Shown here piece by piece: positions 1-10,326 of a DNA stretch of 60,129 bases; the first letter of the stretch is position 1; every line of letters starts with the position of its first letter. The notes under the pieces are model-generated. The model worked only from the letters and a program-made list of their open reading frames with translations, was not told the DNA's origin and made no database searches. The DNA is from Gekko japonicus. Its lineage: Eukaryota. Location: assembly GCF_001447785.1 (NCBI RefSeq), contig NW_015167075.1, positions 656,632 to 716,760 on the forward strand, read 5' to 3'. The position numbers and the translations under genes are program-made.

Positions 1-700
1 CAACAATGGTTCCATATGAGGGAATGGCTGGTTTGGAGGGTGGAGTCTATGGCATTCTACCTGTCTGAAGTCCCACCCATCATCAAACCCCACCCTCTCC
101 AGGCTCCACCCCTCAAATCTCCAGGAATTTCCCAACCTGGAGTTGGCCGCCCTATCTCCTTCCCAGCCAACCATCAACCTACCTTTATCTGCCCCTCTGA
201 CTTCAGATTTCCATCTCCTCCCCCCTCCTTTCTGGAGAGCACTTGTACTTCTGAGTTATCTTCAGCCCCCACCTGGAGTTTGACAACAATGGTTCCCCAA
301 GAGGAAATGGCTGGTTTGGAGGGTGGAGTCTATGGCATTCTACCTGTCAGAGGTCCTACCCCTCCTGAAACCTCACCTTCTCCAGGCTCCATCCCTCAAA
401 TCTCCATGAATTCCCCACCTGGAGTTGGCAATCCTATCTCCTTCCCAGCCAGTCATCAACCTACCTTTATTTCCCCCTCACTCTTCAGCTTTGCATCCCC
501 CACCTGCAGCCTCCACTATACTCTGAAGATCTGACTGCCACATTACATTGGCTGTCATGGGGGGGGGATCTCAGCAGGATATAAGGACACAGAGTCCACC
601 ATTTTCTCCAGCGGAACTGATGTCTGCCATCTGGAAAGCAGTTGTAATTCTGAGTGATCTCCAGCCCTCACCTGGAGATTGGCAATAATAGTTTCCCAGG
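1..700 (-). repeat. Tandem and fragmented copies of a hAT-like MITE (TAGGGTTGCCAAC family)
   Basis: Unit 'caacaatggttcc...gaatggctggtttggagggtggagtctatggcattctacctgtc...ccaggctcca.ccctcaaatctcca..cctggagttggc' occurs at about 1-150 and about 285-435, with a further related piece at about 570-700. Same family as 892-1086 and 14578-14989. Strand and boundaries approximate. Confidence 0.65.
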
Positions 701-744
701 AGGAAAAATAGTATTCCTCTGCAATGGGGACCAAAGCAGGTAAC

Positions 745-890
745 ATCATTCTCCTTTCCCCCTTTTTACTTGCACAACAACCCTGTTAGGTTAGGCTGAA
801 AGGCTGTGACTGGTCCAAAATCACGCACTCAGCTTCTACAGCAAGAACCTGGATCTCAGAGACCCTGCTCTGAAGCACTGATGGCTATGC
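745..890 (-). mobile_element. tRNA/CORE SINE fragment (Squam3-like)
   Basis: 'cacaacaaccctgttaggttaggctga...gtgactggtccaa' is the reverse complement of the CORE region seen in the SINE at 8200. Confidence 0.55.
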
Positions 891-891
891 C

Positions 892-1086
892 TAAGGTAGC
901 CAACCTCCAGGTGGAGCCTGAAGATCACCAGGTATCACAACAGATCTCCCCCCCCCCGAGAAAATAACTGCTTTGGAAGGTGGGTCATTCTGTTCAGCTG
1001 AGGCCTCTCCCTTCCCCAAACCATGGCTTCCATAGGCTCTACCAGAAAATCTCCAGGAATCTCCCTACCTGGAGCTGGCAACCCTA
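892..1086. mobile_element. hAT-like MITE
   Basis: Termini taaggtagccaac ... ctggcaacccta (degenerate TIR); TSD not preserved. Confidence 0.65.
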
Positions 1087-2010
1087 TACAGACTGGCCCC
1101 AATGCGTTCCTCACAACGGCCTGTGAAGGGTTTCCTTCCTTTAAACCAAGCTTTGTTTCCCACTGTAGCGAAACGAGCGCCAGTTTACAACTCAGCTGTT
1201 CGCCTCCCACCCTTGTCTCGTGGGTGTATCTCACTCCTTAAGTTCGCTGCCACCACTCACTTAATTGTCACTGCCATTTTAAAGGGACACTGAGACCCCT
1301 CTGGCTGAATCTCCCTATTTGGGGGATCCCTGGAAAGTTGGCAGCCCAAGGGTCTAGTCTTTCTTTGCTTCCCTGGGCTACCCCCTCCCTTTGTTATTGT
1401 GCAGAGCAGGGGAGACTTATGTGGTCATAGCACAACACAGATTATTAGCCCAAATAAAAGATTTTATCTAAGTATTTACACAGTTATGGAGCACACACAC
1501 ACACTAAATGAATAAGGCACAGCTGTAGGCACACACACACAGTAAATGAATAAGGCACAGTAAGGACACACTTTGAACCCACAGGAGCATAAATCTACAG
1601 GGGTTATATGTAGGGTTGCCATGCCCATCTTCCACCACCAGCGGGGGACTTGGGGGGCGTTCCTGGAAGGGGTGGGGCATCCCCAACATGATGACGTCAC
1701 GTTGGGGACATCTGCCGCCCCCCCCACCCGGCCGTGTGCTGGATCTCCAGAAACAGCAGTTCCCTGCACTTAAAGTAGCCGGCAGCCGGCGTTTCCCCTT
1801 TAAGAGAAGCTGTGTTTCCCTTTTAAGAACGAAGCTGGCTTTTCCCTGCAAGCTTGCGGAGTTCGCGCTTGGGATGAAACATGGGTTGCACACCCTTAAA
1901 GGGAGACAGATGGGTGGCTGTGGGTGTTGGGGGTGGGGCTTCCCCCGCCAGCCATCTGGCCAGCAGCGGGTACAACCTCCCCAAAACGGGGGACACCTGG
2001 CAAACCGGGG

Positions 2011-2269
2011 TGTTGTGTCCGCTGACCGCCACCAGGGGCCAGCGAACAATGTAACAATGGGGACTAGGCTCCTGGTCTCTCCACTGGGGAACCAATGGGA
2101 CCGTGGTGGGAGATTTAAACCCTCCAACGAGACCTAGGGGTGTGTCCCCAGGTATGTATATAGTTGTCCTGCCAGCCGTTTGTCTTTGTATTGTTGTGTA
2201 CCAGTAAACCATGCTGATCACTACATCAGTCTCGGTGGTTTCTTCATGCGTCTAACCCACTACACTTCA
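2011..2269 (+). repeat. 5' LTR (259 bp)
   Basis: tgttgtgtcc...tacacttca; direct repeat of 6414-6690 with 7 substitutions by manual count and an 18-bp length difference. Confidence 0.95.
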
Positions 2270-2270
2270 G

Positions 2271-2288
2271 TGGCGACGAAGGTGGGAT
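2271..2288 (+). promoter_or_regulatory. Primer binding site, tRNA-Ser(GCU)
   Basis: TGGCGACGAAGGTGGGAT lies 1 nt after the LTR and is complementary to the vertebrate tRNA-Ser(GCU) 3' end as recalled (...AUCCCACCUUCGUCGCCA). Confidence 0.8.
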
Positions 2289-2365
2289 CCCGCTGAGCGA
2301 GCCAGCCGGGCTGTCGGGACTCGGTGAAGGAAGACAACGCATCGTTACCTACGCTCCACCAACCA

Positions 2366-3290
2366 ATGAGCAACGAGCAAGCTGCTTCCCAGCCACAGCT
2401 GCAACCGACCAGCACAATGGCCCTTGCTGCGGGATCAGGGCTGGTACCGCCTTTTGATACAGCCCGTCCAAAGCAATGGGGAGCCTGGATCACCGGCCTG
2501 GAGCAAGTACTGATATTCTACCAGGTGACGGACAAGGCCAGGAAGAGGGGTCTCCTACTCGGGTCGTGTGGACCCGCCATCGTAGAGCTGGCCCAACACC
2601 TACTCTCCCCTAAGAAGCTCAGAGACTGCACTTTTCAGGAAATCGTCTCAGCAGTCCAGAACCACTACACGCCTAAACCTTCGGAGATGACGTGCCACGT
2701 GGTATTTCACCAGTGGAGTCAGAAAGACCGCAAAACGGCCGCTGAGTTTCTTGCCGAACTCCGCCACTTGGCATCCGAGTGCAAATTCGACGCACACCTG
2801 GATCTGGCCCTGTGAGACCGGTTCATCATGGGACTGCAGGAGGAGAAGCTGTGGCGACACATAATGGAGGTTGAAAAGGTGACCATAGCGTCAGCCATCG
2901 CCACCACCACCGCGTGGGAGAAGTCGCACCCTGCAGTCGCCTCCACGCATCAGGCCGCCAGCACGTCGCCAGCAGACTTCGACGGCGCGGAGGTCCACTG
3001 CACCCAAGCACTGCACCGCACCCCAGCAGCGAACACGAGCTCCGCCTGCCAGCATCCCAGCGCGGCAACCCCAGTGTGTGCCAGTTTCGGGGACCGGCAC
3101 GACAGGAAGACCTGCAGGTTCCAAGACATTGTTTGTCGGAACTGCGGGCACACTGGCCACATCACCCGGGCCTGTTGCTCCAAAGCCTCCAGCCGGGCCC
3201 AGCCACCGTGTCACAGAGCAGAAGCCCATTTCGAGGACGGCGCAGAGGCCGAGGACCTTTATCACCTCGCACATAAAGCTGACAAGGTAT
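2366..3290 (+). pseudogene. gag: Gypsy gag (in-frame TGA at 2813-2815, two zinc knuckles)
   Basis: ORFs 2324-2815 and 2828-3736 are in one frame: 'PFDTARPKQWGAWI', 'EFLAELRHLASECKF', knuckles CASFGDRHDRKTC (one Cys replaced by F) and CRNCGHTGHITRAC. Confidence 0.9.
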
Positions 3291-6200
3291 TGCAACTCCC
3301 CGGGAAATCGCCCATCCCTAAGATTTTGGCCACAGTTACAATCGAGGGGTCCCCTTGCCTTATAGAAATAGACTCAGGCTCCGCAGCCTCCATAATTTCC
3401 GAGGCCACGCTGAAATGCTTATGCCCAAAGGGGGGACCCCGCTTGCGCCCAGCCCAGGTGACGCTCATGGATTTTCAGAGAAACAGGGTGCCGATAAAAG
3501 GGGTCGGGACTTTCAGAGTGCAATATGGGAAGTTCCAGAGCCAGTTGGACTTGATTGTGGTCGAGGCGACCTGGTCAGCTTCCTGGGTCGGGCCTGGTTT
3601 GAACCCCTGGGGATTTTGGTCGAGGGGGTCCAGCTGTGTACAACCCAAGATTTCAAGGGGATATGCCGGGAGTTTCCTGCAGGTTTTGATGACTCCCTGG
3701 GCTGATATACGGGCCCACCGGTGTCCCTGCGTCTAGACCCCAAGATGGCCCCCATCCGTATGCATGCCAGGCCGGTTCTGTTGTCGGTCAAGCCTAAAAT
3801 AGACGCGGAACTGGATCGCCTAGTAGCTCAAGGCATCCTGGAACCGGTCTGCCACACGGCGTGGGAGACCCCAGTAGTTGTGGTTGAAAAAACGAATGGG
3901 GCGGTCCGCATCTGCGCGGACTATAAATGTACGCTGAATAAGGCGCTACAGGACCACGCATACCCGGTTCCTGTGGTTAGCCATGTACTGGCCACCTTGG
4001 GAGGGGCAAAGACTTTGGCAAACTGGATCTCGCCAAGGCTTACCAGCAGTTGCCAGTGGACGAGGCGACTGCTGAAGCGCAAACTATTGTGACCCACCGG
4101 GGGGCATTCCTTGTCAAGAGATTGCAATTCAGGGTGAGCATGGCACCGGGGCTGTTCCAACAACTGATGGACTCTCTCCTCAAAGGAATCCCCGGCGTCA
4201 CCCCGTTTTTTTATGATGTGATGATCGCCGCCGCCTCCCCGGCCGACTTTGCAGACCGCCTCCGCACCGTGCTCTGCCGTTTCCAGGATGCTGGACTAAA
4301 GGTTAAACTGGAGAAATGTCAGCTGGGGGTGCCGTCAGTGGACTTTCTGGGGTTCACGGTGGATGCGGAGGGCCTCCACCCAACCCAGGACAAAATAAAG
4401 GCAATCGTGGAGGCTCCGCTGCCAAAGTCCAAGGCTGAACTGCAGGCCTTCTTAGGGATTCTCAATTTCTACCACGCCTTTCTTCCCCACAAGGCGGCGG
4501 TAGCTGAACCCCTTCACCGCTTATTGGATAAACAGGCCCTGTGGGTGTGGAGCCCCCGCCTGGCTGCCGCATTCAGGAACATGAAAGAACTGTTGATCTC
4601 CAACTCGGTCCTGGCCCACTTCAATGAGGCACTGCCGGTGGTTTTGGCCTGCGATGCCTCACCCTATGGAGTCGGGGCTGTGCTGGCACATCGTCTCCCT
4701 GATGGACAGGAGGTCCCAGTCGCGTATTACTCACGCACTCTATCTGCGGCTGAGCGGAACTACGCCCAGATAGATCGCAAGGGACTGGCAATTGTGGCCG
4801 GGGTCAAGAAGTTCCACAACTTTGTCTACGGCCGGCCGTTCACCATTGCCAGAGACCACCGCCTGCTCCTCACTCTTTTTGTGCCCGATCGCCGTACGCC
4901 GCAAGTCCTCTCCCTGCAGGTCTTGCGGTGGTCCATTTTCCTTGTGGGCTACGACTACCAGCTGCAACACCGCCCAGGGAAAGCGATGGGCCACGCCGAC
5001 GCCCTTAGCCGACTTCCCCTGCCAGACGTGGTTGAGGACGCGGCCCCTGCGCACCGGGTCCTTTAGCTGGAGGGCCTGCCGGATACTCCGTTGTCCGCCA
5101 CTCGGCTTGGGACCCCGTCATATTCCGGGTTCTGGGCTGGGTGGTGAGGGGGTGGCCTGCAAAGGCGGAAGGCCCCGAGTTTACGGCATTGGCTCGCCGG
5201 GAGGAGTTATCCGCCCACAAAGGCTGTCTGCTGTGGGGAGACAGGGTCATGGTCCCCAGCGCCCTCCGACAAAAGGTCCTACAGGAGCTACGTTTGGTGG
5301 CCAGGCATCGACGCAGAGGTGGAAGCGTGGATGAAACGTTGTCCAACCTGCCAAGCTGTTTGACCCAGCCCACCGGGCGCGCCGTCTTAGACATGGGAAT
5401 CCACACGAACCCCGTGGTCCCAGCTCCACATAGATTTTGCTGGACCATTTCATGGACTGTTATTTCTGGTTACGGTGGATTCCTACACCAAGTGGCTGGA
5501 GATAAGCCCCATTTCCGCAACATCGGCAAAGGCCACCATCCGCGCACTCCGGAAGATCTTCGCCACCCACGGCCTGCCAGACACCATCGTCTCGGACAAC
5601 GGGATGGCATTTACGTCGGAGGAATTCCAGCAGTTCCTCAGCAACAACCTAATAAGACACACCAGGTCGGCACCCTTCCACCCCGCGACAAACGGCCAAG
5701 CAGAACGCATGGTAAGGACAGCGAAGGAAGCATTAAGCTGACTGATGGAAGGCGACTGGGAATGTTGCATCGCCCATTTCCTCTTAACACAGCGAACGAC
5801 ACCAAACCCGGTAAGCGGCCGCTGCCCAGCGGAACTGTTAATGGGGTGAAGGCCAACAATCCTGCTAGACCGCCTGCACCCTGATCGGGCCCCAGAGCAA
5901 CGGAACCCCTCCAAGCAGCGGGAAGCACCTCGCGGGTTCTTCCCAGAGGACCCGGTATTTGCCAGGAACTTCGGTAGAGGCCTGGAATGGATCGCAGGCC
6001 GCATCATTCATCCCACAGGCACCGTCATGTATGAGGTGTCCACAGAATGTGGGCACGTCCTGCGGCGACATATAGATCAACTCCGCCGGAGCATGCTACC
6101 GGAACACCCGAACGGGAAGGGACCAGGGCAACAAGCAGATCCAGAGGTGAGCCCACCAAACGCCCCGGTGCAGGACTTCCCCACGGAAGAGTGGCCGAGC

Positions 6201-6386
6201 CAGTCCACAGTTCCACCGGTGGCTGCCAAGGACGCCCCGACAGCCGACGCTCCGGAATCAGAGGGACCTACATCAACCACGCAACCCAGCACAGGGGATG
6301 GGGCCCCTGGGGTCCCCGTACCGGCTCCCCGACAGTCAACTAGAGTACGGCAGTCCCCGTTGTACTTAAAGGACTATGTGACCTAG
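3291..6386 (+). pseudogene. pol: Gypsy pol (PR, RT, RNase H, IN), frameshifted
   Basis: Protease EIDSGSA; RT 'WETPVVVV', 'RICADYK', 'PFFYDV' (catalytic DD damaged); RNase H 'ACDASPYG', 'HADALSRL'; integrase 'HIDFAGP', 'VSDNG', 'HPATNGQAERMV'. Confidence 0.93.
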
Positions 6387-6402
6387 GGTGGGTCCGAACT
6401 AT

Positions 6403-6413
6403 GGGGGGAGGGA
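6403..6413 (+). promoter_or_regulatory. Polypurine tract
   Basis: GGGGGGAGGGA immediately before the 3' LTR. Confidence 0.85.
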
Positions 6414-6690
6414 TGTTGTGTCCGCTGACTGCCACCAGGGGCCAGCGAACACTCCAGAGCTTGACTCTGGAGTAACAATGGGGACTAGGCTCCTGGTCTC
6501 TCCACTGGGGAACCAATGGGACCGTGGCGGGAGATTTAAACCCTCCAACGGGACCTAGGGGTGTGTCCCCAGGTATGTATATAGTTGGCCTGCCGGCCGT
6601 TTGTCTTTGTCTTGTTGTGTACCAGTAAACCATGCTGATCACTACATCAGTCTCAGTGGTTTCTTCATGCGTCTAACCCACTACACTTCA
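6414..6690 (+). repeat. 3' LTR (277 bp)
   Basis: Direct repeat of 2011-2269, TG...CA termini. Confidence 0.95.
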
Positions 6691-7366
6691 CGGGTGCAAC
6701 TTGCAAGCTGCAGTTTGGCCACCCCTGTTCTATCCCATCAACTCTTAACTTCCATTCATTCCCAAGTGCAGCCGACTGTGGAGTGGCTGAATTTCTGCTG
6801 CCTCCCAGGGTTCCCCCATGTCTGTGGCTTCTAGTCTGGATGGGCTGGTCAGCACAGGCAGCAGGAGCCTTTCCTAACCTCCTATACGATGAACACTGCC
6901 TCCACCCTGGATGGGCTTCAGTCTATATTGGTGCTGCCCTGCCCCTTGGGACAGTCCCTCTTTTCCCACTCTTTTTGGCCTTGGGGCAGCTGGGAAATGT
7001 AGTCCAGCAGATGAGGAAGCCCCATTTAACCCAGTGAGTGATAGGCCCCTCTCTGAAACTACAGCTCAATTAAACCTTATGGAGGAACATTTTAAACAAA
7101 CAACCACAGACAGCAGCCAGGAAACTGCCATTTCATTACACCTACCAACAGCCACTGGGAGGAAGGAGGAGGGAGAAGGCTTGGCGGGCCTCACCGCCGC
7201 CGGTGCTGGGGAATGGGGGGAGGAGGGAGAATACATGGCGGGCCTGATGGGTCCGCCTGATGGGCTCACCTGCTGCCACTTCCTCCTCCTGTGGAGCTCC
7301 TCCTACTTCTGCAGGCTGGGAGCTGTGTGGAATACTCCCCCCGCAAGTATAGCAGGTCCCCCTTCT

Positions 7367-7710
7367 TGTGTTTATCTAATTCCCTTTTGAAGCTGTCCAT
7401 GCTTGTAGCTGCCACCTAGGCATTCCTCGGTTTTCCCTCGGATGGTTGTGGCCCCGCCCCCAGCGTGCCCGGCGTGGTCGCATCACTTCACGCGCACGCA
7501 CACACTCCAGCCACCAGCTGGGAGTCCCCCGCTGCGGCAAAAATCAGACTTGGCAACCCTACCGCCACCACCTCCTGTGGCAGTGAATTTCATTTGTTAA
7601 TCACTCTTTGGGTGAAGAAGTACTTCCTTTTATCTGTTCTAACCTGACTGCTGAGCAATTTCATTGAATGCCCACGAGTTCTTGTATTGTGAGAAAGGTA
7701 CTTCTTTCTT
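7367..7710 (-). mobile_element. CR1 ORF2 3' fragment, interrupted at 7417-7561
   Basis: Closely matches 37960-38150 (tatctaattcccttttgaagc...tgggtgaagaagtacttcc...gttcttgtattgtgagaaagg). Confidence 0.85.
7417..7561. mobile_element. Internally deleted hAT MITE inserted in the CR1 fragment
   Basis: Starts tagg, ends ttggcaacccta; TSD ctgccacc (7409-7416) and ccgccacc (7562-7569). Confidence 0.75.
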
Positions 7711-8199
7711 TCACCTGCAACATCCAGTTCAGAAGGAGATCACTCTTGTTGGGTTGGAATAAATATTTAAAATCAAAAGGTGAAACCTTTAAGTTGTGCA
7801 ACCATTCATCCTACTCTCAATTAATAATGTAAATAAATATAAGTGTAGAAAGATTTTCCCTTCAGCTGTCAATACATAGACTAGGCAGTCATAGATATAT
7901 ATATTTTTATGCCATCGATTTTCTGCTTACACTCATAGGGTTCCTGCTCTTAATGCATAGCCTCATATCCTATGAGTCTTTTCATTAGTGTACAAAGAAT
8001 TGTCAGTGTGCAACACAAGTAACAAATTCTCAGTGACATTCAAAGTCATATAAGGGATTCCAATAAGAATTTAATGAAACTAAACCATTCCACTACAAAT
8101 TCAGTGAGAGACAGTGTGTGTAGTGGTTGAGAGTGCCAGTATGGTTTAGTTTAGTTTCATTATTATATGGTCTTAAGACCAGCATACAATACAATACAC

Positions 8200-8430
8200 T
8201 ATGGTATAGTGGTTAAGAGAGTTGGACTAGGATCTGAGAGTCCCAGGTTTGAATACCCAGTTGTGCCATGGAATCTCACTGGGTGACCTTGAGCCAGTCA
8301 CACTCTCTTAGCCTAAGCTACCTCACAGGGTTGTTGTGAGGATAAAATGAAGGAGGGGAGAACGATGTACGTTGTTTTGGGTCCCCAGTGGGGAGAAAGG
8401 CAGGGTAGACATGAATTAAATAATAAATAA
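8200..8430 (+). mobile_element. tRNA-derived CORE SINE (Squam3-like)
   Basis: A box tggtatagtggtt, B box ggtttgaatacc, CORE gggtgaccttgagccagtcac, (TAAA)-type tail. A second remnant follows at about 8432-8600. Confidence 0.8.
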
Positions 8431-10039
8431 GGTGTTGGACTGGAGCCCTAGATTCAAGGATCCATTTAGCTCTGAAGCTCATTAAGTGACCTTGGACCTT
8501 ATCCTCTCTTAGCCAAATCCACCATACAGGCTTGTTGTAAGGGGAGAACTGCATACACCATCCTGAGCTCCTTGAGTAAGGACAGGATAAAAAGGTGATA
8601 GATTCTTGTACCCATCCTGCCTCAAATAGTGTTTGAATTTCCAGACTGTATTCCAGTTAGGGCAGAGTTCTGTCTCATCCTTTATAGGAAATACCAGGTA
8701 ACTTTATGTTACCAGTGCCAACTACTGGAAAATGTTTTTTAACAAAACGAACACACATATTCTCTTAGTGTGGAACATGACTGGGTATAAAAAGCTGCTA
8801 GTAGTTTGTTGTGCTGAAAGAGAGGCCAACATTTTCTGAAAGGATTATTCATTGTAAATCATTTACACAGCTTACAGTATCACCCCCAGCATCAGAGTGT
8901 ATTGCACGTCTTTGAATCTGGTCTTGGGGATGCACCCATCTGACAGATAAAGCAGTTGAACTGTGCTGATGAGCTCCAGAAAGAGCCAAACATCTGTCCA
9001 CATTTTGCTGCTGCCTGTTCCCTGCAGACATTTATGCATTAAGTCTGTTTATCAGACAATACTTGTCTAAGCCAAGATACAGTCAGCCATCATAATAGGA
9101 TATATCACTAATATGGGAATATGAGTGAATGGTACTTTGATAAAGACTTTCATAGCAGAATATAAACACCATTGACTTAAATTCCTTGTTAGATATTTTT
9201 TTCATATTTTTTTCTGCAACAATAATATACTTGATGGCATTCAGAATGAAGACTCATACAGTTTAAAATGTGTTCTCTTCTGTTCCAAACTCAGTTTACA
9301 GCAGTCCTTTTTGATAAATGGCAATGAAAATTTTGCATAGAACACTCTGAAACACTAGCCATGTCAACAGTGTAACAACACATCATTAAAAAAAATCTTC
9401 CAGAGAATGGATACATAATTTTAATGCTCTTGTAGTAAAACAGGTTGACAGTCTTGATTGTAGTAGCAGTGGGGCTCATAATCTGACATGTTGGTAGGAT
9501 CCAATAGTTTCCTGTCACTACCTGAGAAGCCTTTCTCTGGCTGAGGACGCTTGCTGTACTGTTGGAAGGATTCCACGGCTGAAAGAAGGCCTTCTCCATC
9601 AGAAGATTTCTAACTACCCAGAAGTGAGTGTATCCAACCTCATTTTGGCCTGAGCCAGCAAAACCAAGATGTGTCTGGGAACACATTTTTATACACAGCG
9701 GGAGCAATCCTAAGCATGTTTGCTCAGAAAGGGAATGAAAGTGTTAAACAGGTCATTATTTTTTATGGGAAAGGAGGGAAATTACAACAACCCTCTGAGC
9801 ACTTGGTGCTGGACAATTTTTTAAAATTCAGTTTGCAATAAAAAACAATTTTAAAAATTCAGTGCTAGCCCCCCCTCTCTCACACACAACCCCCATGGAA
9901 AGAACAATAAATGATCTTCCAAAAAAGAAAACAGAAGACTGTACCAAATAAAATCAAGGCTTTCCAGCTTCCAAAGTATTAAAAACAAATACTAAATTGT
10001 TGGACTAATGGCATTAAAGTTATATATTCATATCCCGAA

Positions 10040-10326
10040 AGGGTTGCCAGCCCCTGCTGGGGGTGAGAGATAACCCTCTCCAGCTCCTGTTGGAATAACA
10101 GTGGGAGATAAATTTAGCAATGGCTGTTAGACTGACCCAGAAGTGATGTTAGTCCTATCTAGGAATTACTAGAAACTCTATGGTTTTACAGTAGAGTGTC
10201 CAGTGATTCCTAGAGAGGTGTGACATGCTTTGGGGTTTTCCCTGGAAGTGATGTCATGCTATCACAGATAGTTACACAAGGATCCCCCCCCCAATATCCT
10301 GCTGGCTGCCAGGCTTGGCAACCCTG
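10040..10326. mobile_element. hAT-like MITE with internal palindrome
   Basis: agggttgcca ... tggcaaccctg termini; internal ctaggaattactagaaactctatgg / agtagagtgtccagtgattcctag inverted arms. Confidence 0.7.

Larger units (their letters stand above)
2011..6690 (+). mobile_element. Full-length decayed Ty3/Gypsy LTR retrotransposon, Mag-like
   Basis: Two TG...CA LTRs, PBS, PPT, TSD cgggg/cgggt (2006-2010 and 6691-6695), domain order gag-PR-RT-RH-IN. Confidence 0.95.
1611..6726. mobile_element. hAT-like MITE split by the Gypsy insertion (parts 1611-2010 and 6691-6726)
   Basis: Left TIR TAGGGTTGCCA at 1611; degenerate right TIR tggccacccct at 6716-6726; flanks gttatatg (1603-1610) and gttctatc (6727-6734) match at 6/8. 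Confidence 0.55.

Noticed and set aside
16-534. 172-aa ORF with an internal repeat
   Set aside because: It arises from tandem MITE fragments.
1490-1572. Short repeats (acacac-taaatgaataaggcacag) as a CRISPR-like array
   Set aside because: Only 2-3 units with no unique spacers, in eukaryotic DNA; simple slippage duplication.
1504-2221. ORFs of 132-207 aa
   Set aside because: They span the MITE/LTR junction; chance frames.
8200-8270. tRNA-like A/B boxes here and at 22731, 32448 and 44454
   Set aside because: They are SINE heads followed by SINE bodies and tails, not tRNA genes.
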